From the NCBI GenBank assembly GCA_913047725.1, contig CAJWTH010000001.1:91-64090 (forward strand): a stretch of 64,000 nt of DNA, given 5' to 3'. This DNA comes from an uncultured Planktomarina sp. (GTDB lineage Bacteria > Pseudomonadota > Alphaproteobacteria > Rhodobacterales > Rhodobacteraceae). The first letter of the stretch is position 1, and each line of letters opens with the position of its first letter. Positions 33,995-42,483 of this stretch are shown piece after piece. A program made the position numbers and the translations under genes. The notes beneath the pieces were generated by a model. That model saw only the letters and a list, made by a program, of their open reading frames with translations, was not told where the DNA came from and did not search any database.

Positions 33995-34780
33995 TTATTT
34001 TCCCATGTATTTCGCAGGTCGTTTGTCGAGAAAAGCTGTCACGCCTTCGCGATAGTCTGCAGATTGTCCGCAAGCACGTTGTATTTCTGCCTCAAGCGCC
34101 ATGTGCGTCTCTAGGTCTTCCAGACCAACTTGATGAATTACCGCTTTGGTTTGTGCCAACCCAATGGTTGCTCCTTGCGCTAATTCTTTGGCCATGGCTC
34201 GCGCTGCGGGCATCAGGTTTTCTGCGGGAAAACATTCCCAGACTAAGCCCCAGTCTTTTGCAGTCGCTGCTGAGATGGGCGTGGCGGTCATTGCCCAGGC
34301 CTTAGCGCGTAGAGGTCCCAAAATTTGGGTTAGGTGGTAGGTCCCACCGGCATCTGGTATCAAACCTACTTTAGCGAAGCTCTGTATAAATTTTGCATTA
34401 TCTGAGGCTAAAATAATATCACAGCTAAAAACAATATTTGCTCCCGCACCCGCTGCGATACCATTGACCGCGCAAATTACTGGTTTGGCAAGGTTGCGTA
34501 GCTTTTGGACTAAAGGATTATAAAGTGTGTTTAGGGTTTCACCCAAATCAGGAGGTCCATCCATCTTACGTGGATCGCGGCCATTTAAATCTTGGCCTGC
34601 ACAAAATCCGCGTCCTGCCCCGGTTAAAACAACTGCGCGGATTTTTGGGTCGGCTGCCTGATCAAGGGACTCTTGGATCGCTAAATGCATCTCGTCATTG
34701 AAGGCATTTAACTGCTCAGGCCGGTTGAGTGTGATCTCCATCCAACCGTCATGATCAGTGGTAAAAATGGTGTTGGACAA
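33995..34780 (-). CDS. paaG: 1,2-epoxyphenylacetyl-CoA isomerase
   Basis: Crotonase fold, FCAGQDL, GAGAN, GLIPDAGG (catalytic Asp); TTG start. Confidence 0.92.
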   Translation of the reverse strand: MSNTIFTTDHDGWMEITLNRPEQLNAFNDEMHLAIQESLDQAADPKIRAVVLTGAGRGFCAGQDLNGRDPRKMDGPPDLGETLNTLYNPLVQKLRNLAKPVICAVNGIAAGAGANIVFSCDIILASDNAKFIQSFAKVGLIPDAGGTYHLTQILGPLRAKAWAMTATPISAATAKDWGLVWECFPAENLMPAARAMAKELAQGATIGLAQTKAVIHQVGLEDLETHMALEAEIQRACGQSADYREGVTAFLDKRPAKYMGK

Positions 34781-34819
34781 GACGGTCTCCTTACTTGGTT
34801 ACACAAATAACTTGCATAA

Positions 34820-34838
34820 ACCGACCGACTGGTCAATT
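34820..34838. promoter_or_regulatory. Candidate PaaR (TetR) operator in the paaG/paaZ divergent promoter
   Basis: ACCGACCGACTGGTCAATT containing the GACC-N4-GGTC palindrome. Confidence 0.55.
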
Positions 34839-34868
34839 AATAATCCAATTTTTTGGGAGTTAAGTTTT

Positions 34869-36917
34869 ATGTTGGGTCAGCAGAATTTTTCTAGCTTCGT
34901 CATGGGTGATTGGCTAGTTTCAACCCAGCCTAACCGCGTGGTATGCTCAGCGATCACGGGTCAAACACTTGGATCGGTTGGGGGAGCTTTGGACGTTGCT
35001 GGTATGCGCGCCTACGCCAAAACTTATGGCGGCCCTGGACTGCGTGCTTTGAACTTTCATGATCGTGCCCGGATGCTTAAGTCCTTGGCCCTTTACCTCA
35101 AGCAACACCGTAAGGCTCTATATACGATGTCGTTTGAAACAGGGGCAACTTTAGCTGACAGCAAGATCGACATAGATGGAGGGATTTCTACACTCCTGGT
35201 CTATGCCTCGAAGGGCCGACGAGAAATGCCAGAGGGAATTATTTTACCAGATGGCGATCTCGAAGTGCTTAGCCGAGACAACAGTTTTTTGGGCCAGCAC
35301 GTCTATACGCCTTTGCAGGGAGTGGCAGTACAAATCAATGCGTTTAATTTTCCTGTTTGGGGTATGCTAGAAAAACTTGCAGCTAGTTTGCTAGCCGGTG
35401 TGCCAAGCTTGATTAAGCCGGCTACTAGCAGTGGATATTTAGCGCAAGCTGTAGTGCGTTTAATGCTTGATAGCGGGCTTTTGCCTCGTGGAGCCATCCA
35501 GTTAATAATGGGAAGTACTGGGGACCTTCTTGAAATATTGGATTGCCAAGATTTGGTAAGCTTCACGGGCAGTGCCTCCACTGCATTGGCACTGCGCAGT
35601 ACGCCTAATATTTTGAAAAATGGAGTACGCTTTACTGCGGAACAGGACAGTTTGAATGGCTCTATCCTAGGCCCTGACGTGAACCCTGATAGTGTTGAGT
35701 TTGACCTGTTTGTGACTGAGGTGCATCGAGAAATGACCACAAAAGCTGGACAAAAATGTACTGCAATCCGCCGCATCATGGTGCCAGAGGAACATCTTCA
35801 GGCAGTTCAAGCAGCTCTGCGTGAGCGTTTGGCTGCCACTAAAATAGGCCATCCTGCCCTTACGAATACGCAAATGGGCGCTCTTGTCTCCTTAGATCAA
35901 CGTGCGGATGTCTGGGAGCAGGCAGGGGTTATATCAGCAGAGTGTGATCTGGTTTTTGGTAGTGAAGAGGACTGTGTGGTGGAGGGTGCGGACCCTGAGC
36001 TTGGTGCTTTCTTAGCCCCAATGCTGTTTTGCTGCCCTGATCCAGACGCTGCAGTGGTGGTGCACCAGGTGGAGGCTTTTGGTCCTGTAGCTACCTTGAT
36101 GCCATACCGTGACATCGATCACGCTGTAGCCTTGCTCAATCGTGGTGGTGGATCTTTGGTAGCCTCAGTGTTCACTCACGACCCAAACGTGGCGCGGCAG
36201 GTGGTATTAGGTGCTGCTGCTTTTCATGGACGTTTGTATTTTAATGACCGGGTGGCGGCCGCAGAAAGTACAGGCCATGGCTCGCCTCTGCCGCATATGG
36301 TGCATGGTGGACCAGGTAGAGCTGGCGGGTCAGAAGAATTGGGTGGCTTGCGTGGCGTTAAGCATTACATGCAACGCACTGCCATTCAAGGCAGCCCTGA
36401 TATGCTTACTTCTATTACTGGAGCTTGGGTAAAAGGCTCTACTGAGATTGTGGCACAAGCCCACCCTTTCACTTTAGGTTTTGACAGATTGCAAATTGGT
36501 GAGACCATTCACACTGCTGGGCGGGAGGTGTTAATAGAGGATATTGAGCATTTTGCAGAGTTTACTGGCGATCACTTTTACGCGCATATGGATGCTGAAG
36601 CGGCCAAGGCTAATCCGTTCTTTCCGGATCGTGTGGCTCATGGGTATCTATTGTTAAGCTTTGCGGCTGGTTTGTTCGTTGAGCCCAACCCTGGCCCAGT
36701 TTTGGCCAATACTGGTCTAAACGCTCTATCGTTTCAAAAGCCTGTTGTGGCGGGCGATACTATAAGTGTGCAACTTACAGTGAAGTGCAAAACTCGGCGC
36801 ACTGACGAATACGGAGAAGTTCGTTGGTATGTCGCTCTTCGAAACCAAGATTGGGAGCAAGTGGCGGAATATGAATTGTTGACCATGAATTCATATGGTG
36901 AAACCAAAGGGGCATGA
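34869..36917 (+). CDS. paaZ: Bifunctional oxepin-CoA hydrolase / aldehyde dehydrogenase
   Basis: ALDH domain with AEQDSLN and GQKCTAIRR; C-terminal MaoC domain FTGDHFYAH; ATG 34869. Confidence 0.95.
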   Translation: MLGQQNFSSFVMGDWLVSTQPNRVVCSAITGQTLGSVGGALDVAGMRAYAKTYGGPGLRALNFHDRARMLKSLALYLKQHRKALYTMSFETGATLADSKIDIDGGISTLLVYASKGRREMPEGIILPDGDLEVLSRDNSFLGQHVYTPLQGVAVQINAFNFPVWGMLEKLAASLLAGVPSLIKPATSSGYLAQAVVRLMLDSGLLPRGAIQLIMGSTGDLLEILDCQDLVSFTGSASTALALRSTPNILKNGVRFTAEQDSLNGSILGPDVNPDSVEFDLFVTEVHREMTTKAGQKCTAIRRIMVPEEHLQAVQAALRERLAATKIGHPALTNTQMGALVSLDQRADVWEQAGVISAECDLVFGSEEDCVVEGADPELGAFLAPMLFCCPDPDAAVVVHQVEAFGPVATLMPYRDIDHAVALLNRGGGSLVASVFTHDPNVARQVVLGAAAFHGRLYFNDRVAAAESTGHGSPLPHMVHGGPGRAGGSEELGGLRGVKHYMQRTAIQGSPDMLTSITGAWVKGSTEIVAQAHPFTLGFDRLQIGETIHTAGREVLIEDIEHFAEFTGDHFYAHMDAEAAKANPFFPDRVAHGYLLLSFAAGLFVEPNPGPVLANTGLNALSFQKPVVAGDTISVQLTVKCKTRRTDEYGEVRWYVALRNQDWEQVAEYELLTMNSYGETKGA

Positions 36918-37717
36918 GGACGGCCCCCACTGAAATACGCGATCTGGTCCACCATCTGCATGCGGAGGGTCGATTGCGGGTGTGGTCAGTGATTGTCACG
37001 ATAATGGGTGAGATTGCCCAGCCGGATGGTGGAGAAATCTCGATGGCTGTGTTGCTGGAGATTTGTACGGCCCTTGATATTGAACCACAGGCGGTGCGTA
37101 CTGCCATGTCGCGGCTTTCAAAAGATGGCCTAGTTGTAGGAAAACGGGTGGGCCGAACGGCTTATTACCGGTTTTCTGTCCAGGGTTTGGTTGAGTATCA
37201 AGTGGCTGAATCAGTCATCTACGCGGCGCCTCAACAAATTGATGATTGGACGTTTGCCTTTGCAGCAGATGCTGTATCTATGAATGCAGTGCAACAACAA
37301 TTTGAAGCTAATCCGCCCCTGGTATTGGGAGGTTGCTGTTACGTCTGGCCTACTGATGTTTGGGCTCGGATTTCACAAAATGAAGCAAGCGACTTAATGG
37401 CTTTTGATACCCAGCCACGTGAAATGCCTATTTGGGCGCGCCGCACTATTTTTCCAGTGCTTAACTCTGAGACATGTCGCATGATCATCGAGGGCTGTCG
37501 AACCCTTACTGACTTTGAATTGACGCCAAATCAGGCGATTTTTTCACGGGTTTTGCTGATCCATTTTTGGCGTCGGCTGGTATTGCGGTATCCCTCTATA
37601 GAGGCGCCAATTGCGGATTGGCCGATTTCGCAGGTTCACCGCGATATCGCGGCGATATATCCACAGCTGCTAAATGTAAGTGGTGCAAAGCAAGCTGCAC
37701 AGGCACGTTTTCGATAG
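36914..37717 (+). CDS. paaX: PaaX-family transcriptional repressor
   Basis: LRVWSVIVTIMG, AVRTAMSRL wHTH, C-terminal LIHFWRRLVLRYP. Confidence 0.88.
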   Translation: MRTAPTEIRDLVHHLHAEGRLRVWSVIVTIMGEIAQPDGGEISMAVLLEICTALDIEPQAVRTAMSRLSKDGLVVGKRVGRTAYYRFSVQGLVEYQVAESVIYAAPQQIDDWTFAFAADAVSMNAVQQQFEANPPLVLGGCCYVWPTDVWARISQNEASDLMAFDTQPREMPIWARRTIFPVLNSETCRMIIEGCRTLTDFELTPNQAIFSRVLLIHFWRRLVLRYPSIEAPIADWPISQVHRDIAAIYPQLLNVSGAKQAAQARFR

Positions 37718-37718
37718 T

Positions 37719-37761
37719 ATTACAAAAATATATTGATTTTTATGTTTTTGTAACATATTAT
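37719..37761 (+). promoter_or_regulatory. paaA promoter with a long inverted repeat (candidate PaaX operator)
   Basis: TTACAAAAATATA-N8-TATGTTTTTGTAA (12/13 IR) enclosing TTGATT -35; TATTAT -10 lies 17 bp downstream. Confidence 0.6.
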
Positions 37762-37783
37762 AAACTAAACGATTTGGAGAATT

Positions 37784-38779
37784 ATGATGTATTCGCAAGG
37801 ATTGATTGGCGCCGGCTCGGAAAATAAAGAAACACCTGAGTTTTTGGCGGCATTTCAGGCACGTATTGATGCGGATGAAAAAATTGAACCAAATGACCGG
37901 ATGCCGGCTGCTTATCGCAAAACCTTGATCCGGCAGATTGGCCAGCACGCCCATTCGGAAATTGTAGGCATGCTGCCCGAAGGTAATTGGATCACACGTG
38001 CTCCAACCCTGCGCCGCAAAGCTGCTTTGCTCGCTAAGGTTCAGGATGAAGGCGGCCATGGTCTTTACCTATATTCGGCGGCGGAAACTCTTGGAGTTAG
38101 CAGAAAAGAGATGACTGAAGAGCTAATCTCTGGGCGAGCAAAATACTCCTCAATCTTCAACTACCCAACCCAAACCTGGGCTGATATTGGCGCAATTGGT
38201 TGGCTGGTCGATGGTGCCGCAATCATGAACCAGGTCCCACTTTGCCGATGCTCTTATGGTCCATATGCTCGGGCGATGATCCGAGTGTGCAAAGAAGAAA
38301 GCTTCCACCAAAGACAAGGTTATGAGATTATGTTGACCTTGGCAGAGGGCTCTGAGGCGCAAAAGGATATGGCGCAGGATGCGTTGAACAGATGGTGGTG
38401 GCCATCGTTAATGATGTTTGGGCCGCCAGACGGGGAAAGCCCAAATTCTGATCAATCGACCCTTTGGAAAATAAAACGTTTTACTAATGACGAACTGCGA
38501 CAAAAATTTGTCGATGCCACGGTGCCTCAGGCGCTGCGTTTAGGATTGAGTTTGCCAGATGAGGCTTTGAAGTGGAATGAAACGCAGGGGCGGTATGACT
38601 ACGGTGAAATAGATTGGGACGAATTTTGGAGTGTTGTTAAAGGTCATGGCCCCCTAAATAAAGAGCGCGTAGCTGCTCGAAAAAAGGCCTGGGACGAGGG
38701 TGCCTGGGTACGTGATGCTGTTATGGCTCACGCCAAGAAAGTTTCGCAGCGAAACGTGACGCCTATTGCTGCAGAGTGA
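37784..38779 (+). CDS. paaA: Phenylacetyl-CoA epoxidase catalytic subunit A
   Basis: [29 protein letters not shown] di-iron motifs. Confidence 0.97.
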   Translation: MMYSQGLIGAGSENKETPEFLAAFQARIDADEKIEPNDRMPAAYRKTLIRQIGQHAHSEIVGMLPEGNWITRAPTLRRKAALLAKVQDEGGHGLYLYSAAETLGVSRKEMTEELISGRAKYSSIFNYPTQTWADIGAIGWLVDGAAIMNQVPLCRCSYGPYARAMIRVCKEESFHQRQGYEIMLTLAEGSEAQKDMAQDALNRWWWPSLMMFGPPDGESPNSDQSTLWKIKRFTNDELRQKFVDATVPQALRLGLSLPDEALKWNETQGRYDYGEIDWDEFWSVVKGHGPLNKERVAARKKAWDEGAWVRDAVMAHAKKVSQRNVTPIAAE

Positions 38780-38787
38780 GAGATCCA

Positions 38788-39078
38788 ATGGTGGATGAAG
38801 AAGAGATACCACTTTGGGAGGTTTTTATCCGTCCCCGAAATGGGCTTGCGCACCGACATTGTGGCTCGCTACATGCGACGGATTCTAAAATGGCATTACA
38901 AGCGGCTCGGGATGTGTATACCCGACGGGGTGAAGGCCTGTCAGTTTGGGTGATCCCATCGGTACAGATTTCCGCTTCAGATCCCCAAGACCGCGAAGAG
39001 ATGTTTGATCCATCAGATGATAAGGTTTATCGCCACCCTAACTTCTATAATATCCCAGATGATGTGGGACACATGTAA
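38788..39078 (+). CDS. paaB: Phenylacetyl-CoA epoxidase subunit B
   Basis: LWEVFIR, ARDVYTRRGEG, DKVYRHP. Confidence 0.95.
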   Translation: MVDEEEIPLWEVFIRPRNGLAHRHCGSLHATDSKMALQAARDVYTRRGEGLSVWVIPSVQISASDPQDREEMFDPSDDKVYRHPNFYNIPDDVGHM

Positions 39079-39830
39079 TGCAAAAAGGCCTATTTTCCGC
39101 TTTGTTACAACTAGCTGATGATCATCTAGTATTGGGTCACCGGTTGTCTGAATGGTGTGGCCACGCACCTATGTTGGAGGAAGATTTAGCGCTACCCAAC
39201 ATTGCGTTAGATCTGATTGGCCAAGCCCGCAGCCTGTATACCTACGCTGGTGAAATAGAGGGGGTGGGGCGTGATGAGGATGCTCTTGCATTCTGCCGAA
39301 TTGAGCGTGAATACCAAAACCTGCTGATCTGTGAGCTACCTAATGGTGATTTTGCTCAAACAATTCTTAGGCAATTTTATTTCTCAAGTTTTATGCTGTT
39401 ATTTTGGGAGCAGACCCTAAAATCAAGTGATGCTACCGTGGCTGCAGTGGCTGGAAAAGCTATTAAAGAAGCTAAATACCATAGGCGTCATTGCGGGGAG
39501 TGGGTAATTCGTTTGGGTGATGGGACGGACGAAAGTGCCCGACGAATGCAGGCCTCTTGTGAAATTTTGGAACCGTATTTGGGAGAGTTCTTCCATACTT
39601 CCTATGATAGCCTTGAAATAAGTCAAAGTGGAGTGTTTCCTGACAAAAATACTCTTCAGGAACCTTGGCTCATGGACGTTAGGGAAGTTTTCCAAGCTGC
39701 AAATCTTAATATCCCTGATCTGACTCACGCCCAAAAAGGTGGCCGGGAGGGAAGGCACACTGAGGCAATGGGCCATCTCTTAGCGCAATTGCAATATATG
39801 CAGCGTAGCTTTCCAAATATGGCGTGGTGA
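39078..39830 (+). CDS. paaC: Phenylacetyl-CoA epoxidase subunit C
   Basis: RLSEWCGHAPMLEED, RLGDGTDES. Confidence 0.95.
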   Translation: MQKGLFSALLQLADDHLVLGHRLSEWCGHAPMLEEDLALPNIALDLIGQARSLYTYAGEIEGVGRDEDALAFCRIEREYQNLLICELPNGDFAQTILRQFYFSSFMLLFWEQTLKSSDATVAAVAGKAIKEAKYHRRHCGEWVIRLGDGTDESARRMQASCEILEPYLGEFFHTSYDSLEISQSGVFPDKNTLQEPWLMDVREVFQAANLNIPDLTHAQKGGREGRHTEAMGHLLAQLQYMQRSFPNMAW

Positions 39831-40312
39831 ACTCACAAGCTAATCGAGCTTGGTTGGCGGCCTCCGCGGTTCTCGATCCGGAGGTTCCTGCAGTTACAGT
39901 TGCTGATTTAGGGATACTGCGCAGCGTTGAGATGGATGAATATGGACGTGCCGTAGCGAGGGTGACACCAACTTATTCTGGTTGTCCTGCGGTCCTGGCT
40001 ATTGAATTGGCGATTGAAGCTGCCCTCAGGGATGCTGGCTTTGATCCAGTTATTGAGCGCTCACTCACTCCGGCGTGGACTACAGATTGGATTACGGATT
40101 TGGGACGTGAGAAACTTAGAGCTTATGGTATTGCACCACCAGTTTCTGGTTCTTCTTCAAAGCGTGCCTTGTTTGGAGACGTTCAGGTTTCTTGTCCGCG
40201 TTGTTCGGCTAAAGATACGTCAAAGTTATCTGAGTTTGGTTCTACGGCCTGTAAGGCGCATTATCGGTGCAATTCATGCCTTGAACCGTTTGATTATTTC
40301 AAGTGTATTTAG
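39824..40312 (+). CDS. paaD: Phenylacetyl-CoA epoxidase maturation subunit D
   Basis: DPEVP, TPTYSGCPA, CPRC, EPFDYFKCI. Confidence 0.95.
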   Translation: MVNSQANRAWLAASAVLDPEVPAVTVADLGILRSVEMDEYGRAVARVTPTYSGCPAVLAIELAIEAALRDAGFDPVIERSLTPAWTTDWITDLGREKLRAYGIAPPVSGSSSKRALFGDVQVSCPRCSAKDTSKLSEFGSTACKAHYRCNSCLEPFDYFKCI

Positions 40313-40321
40313 GAGAGCTCC

Positions 40322-41389
40322 ATGGCTAAACCTAAATTTTATGATTTGAATATTAGTACCATACGCCAAGTTACATCTGACTCAATTGAAATTAGCTTTG
40401 AAATTCCAAAAAAGCTGAAACCTATTTTTGACTTTTTGCCAGGGCAATATTTAACTCTGCGCTCTAAGATAAAGGGCGAAGATGTGCGCCGGTCTTACTC
40501 CATTTGTTCGCCTGTTGGGTCTGAAACTTTGTCGGTGGGGGTAAAACGTATCGCGGGGGGGACTTTTTCTGGATTTGTTAATGACTTACAATGTGGTGAT
40601 ATTTTGCAGGTTATGTCGCCTCAGGGTCGTTTTACTGCGCCTATTGGGGGGCAACATAATTATTTACTTTTGGCTGCTGGCTCCGGTGTAACGCCAATTA
40701 AATCTATCGCCCAATCTGTCTTAGAGGGCGAACAGAATAGTACAATTACACTTTGCTATGCCAACAGAAATACCGAAAGTGTGATGTTTAGACAGGACCT
40801 TGATGACCTCAAAGATAGATACATTACTCGATTTTTGATGACCCACTTGATGGATGAGGAAGCCCAAGATGTGTCGCTTTTTAATGGCCGAATGGATGCT
40901 GAGAAACTGAATACCATGACTACGCGTGGTTTGATTGCGCCATTAAACTATGATGCAATCTATATTTGTGGGCCACAGCCAATGATTGAAGTGACGACTG
41001 ATGCGTTGCTGGCACTAGGTGTCTCACCTGACCGTATTAAGTTTGAGCTTTTTACACCTTCAAGTCCACTGCCGATTGCTGGTGCGGCAGATGTAGTGTC
41101 AGAAACTGCTGGCGCACTCGTTGAGGTGGTTTTGGATGGTGCCCGACGAAATTTTAAAATGTTGTCGGGGCAAATGCTATTAGATGCGGCTACACAATCT
41201 GGACTAGAACTCCCATACTCTTGTGCTAATGGAATGTGCGCCACATGCCGCTGCAAACTTGTAAGCGGAAACGGCGTGATGGCGCAAAACTTCTCCCTGG
41301 AAGAATGGGAGATGGATAAGGGTTTTGTTTTGGCATGCCAATTTAAACCAAATTCTGATCATGTGGTTTTGGATTTTGATGCTGTTTGA
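40322..41389 (+). CDS. paaE: Phenylacetyl-CoA epoxidase reductase subunit E
   Basis: RRSYS FAD motif, AGSGVTP, CGPQPM, C-terminal 2Fe-2S CANGMCATC..C. Confidence 0.94.
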   Translation: MAKPKFYDLNISTIRQVTSDSIEISFEIPKKLKPIFDFLPGQYLTLRSKIKGEDVRRSYSICSPVGSETLSVGVKRIAGGTFSGFVNDLQCGDILQVMSPQGRFTAPIGGQHNYLLLAAGSGVTPIKSIAQSVLEGEQNSTITLCYANRNTESVMFRQDLDDLKDRYITRFLMTHLMDEEAQDVSLFNGRMDAEKLNTMTTRGLIAPLNYDAIYICGPQPMIEVTTDALLALGVSPDRIKFELFTPSSPLPIAGAADVVSETAGALVEVVLDGARRNFKMLSGQMLLDAATQSGLELPYSCANGMCATCRCKLVSGNGVMAQNFSLEEWEMDKGFVLACQFKPNSDHVVLDFDAV

Positions 41390-42193
41390 TCAATTTTGTC
41401 GCCGATAGATTTCAGGAAACCAATCTTCCCGTAAGGTTTCGCCGGGTAGCATATTATGACCAGGAAATGGTGGTGATGTGGGTCCAGGGCGCTCGATATA
41501 TTTTGCATCATCACCTACCAAACGGAGTGAAAAAGCTCGACGCCGGTTGGTTGTCTTGTTACCACGGGCACCGTGTAAGATGCCAAAATTAAAAGCCACC
41601 GCATCGCCTGGCTGCATTTCCCATTCTCGGATCTCCATCTTTTCTGCATCTGGATTTGGTACAGGCATATAATCGTGCTCGTTTGAGTAAAAACTGTCTT
41701 CCGCAAGCCAGCGGGTTGGTAAAACTGGCTTAGCCCACTTGTGGCTCCCCGCAACACAACGCAGTGAGGCGTCTTTAACGTGATCAAGGGGGCTCCAAAA
41801 ACTTACCGTTTGTTGTCCCTCTACGAAATAATATGGGGCGTCCTGATGCCAAGGTGTCGGCTTTGAAGTCCCTGGTTCTTTTACCAAGATATGGTCATGA
41901 AAGATTTGTACCTTCTCAGATTTCATTAAATCTGCAGCGACGGCACCGGCTGGGCCCTCAAAAATAACTTTTTTGAATTCGGGTATTCGGTTCCAGTTGC
42001 AATAGTCATCAAAAAACCTGCCCCTTTCACCCTTTGATAGATTTTCGGCGGCATATGGCCCAGGATTTTTCATGTTGAAGGTCAAACCTGCTCGCAGGTC
42101 CTCTACGTAATTCGCAAATAGGTTCTTGATTAATACTACGCCTTCGTTCTGAAAAGTTTCAATATCAGCTTGTGTGATCAGAGGATGTGGCAT
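41390..42193 (-). CDS. PhyH-family Fe(II)/2-oxoglutarate dioxygenase
   Basis: WHQD (HxD), distal ILHGA, RRRAFS 2OG-binding arginine. Confidence 0.88.
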   Translation of the reverse strand: MPHPLITQADIETFQNEGVVLIKNLFANYVEDLRAGLTFNMKNPGPYAAENLSKGERGRFFDDYCNWNRIPEFKKVIFEGPAGAVAADLMKSEKVQIFHDHILVKEPGTSKPTPWHQDAPYYFVEGQQTVSFWSPLDHVKDASLRCVAGSHKWAKPVLPTRWLAEDSFYSNEHDYMPVPNPDAEKMEIREWEMQPGDAVAFNFGILHGARGNKTTNRRRAFSLRLVGDDAKYIERPGPTSPPFPGHNMLPGETLREDWFPEIYRRQN

Positions 42194-42276
42194 TGTCTAC
42201 TCCCTATAAAATCCGTTGGTTCCATGTTAGCCGCAGGATCTCAAATTATTTACGTAAAGCGAGGTCCTAAAATAAT

Positions 42277-42288
42277 GTATTATAATAC
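42277..42288. promoter_or_regulatory. Perfect palindrome; possible degenerate BoxR/BzdR-type operator
   Basis: GTATTATAATAC, in context ATGTATTATAATACT, resembling ATGCA-N6-TGCAT sites; upstream of the benzoate-CoA ligase. Confidence 0.35.
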
Positions 42289-42385
42289 TAAAATATAGTT
42301 TGAAAAGTGGTTACGCTATGAGAAAAGTTCTAGTTAAAACTAATTAAAACAAATGTGTAACTGCTATATGAAAGTGAGGAGGTAA

Positions 42386-42447
42386 ATGAAGTTGACAGAT
42401 TTTAAGACTTCCTTTGCATTTGAACCTGTGTAAACTTCTTTGCATAA
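42386..42447 (+). pseudogene. Possible deletion scar of boxC(5')/boxB(3')
   Basis: Strong RBS GAGGAGG before a 15-codon ORF MKLTDFKTSFAFEPV*. The start resembles recalled BoxC N-termini (K.IDFQT); the end (FEPV, then aaa ctt..gca taa) resembles recalled BoxB C-termini (FEYVKLHMA*). Confidence 0.3.
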
Positions 42448-42483
42448 AATGTTATGTGGGTATCGTCTTAGCTGGAGGTAAAC

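Noticed and set aside
34869-36917. Tropone/tropodithietic acid biosynthesis via a defective PaaZ
   Set aside because: The ALDH catalytic Glu and Cys motifs appear intact and no tda genes are in the window.
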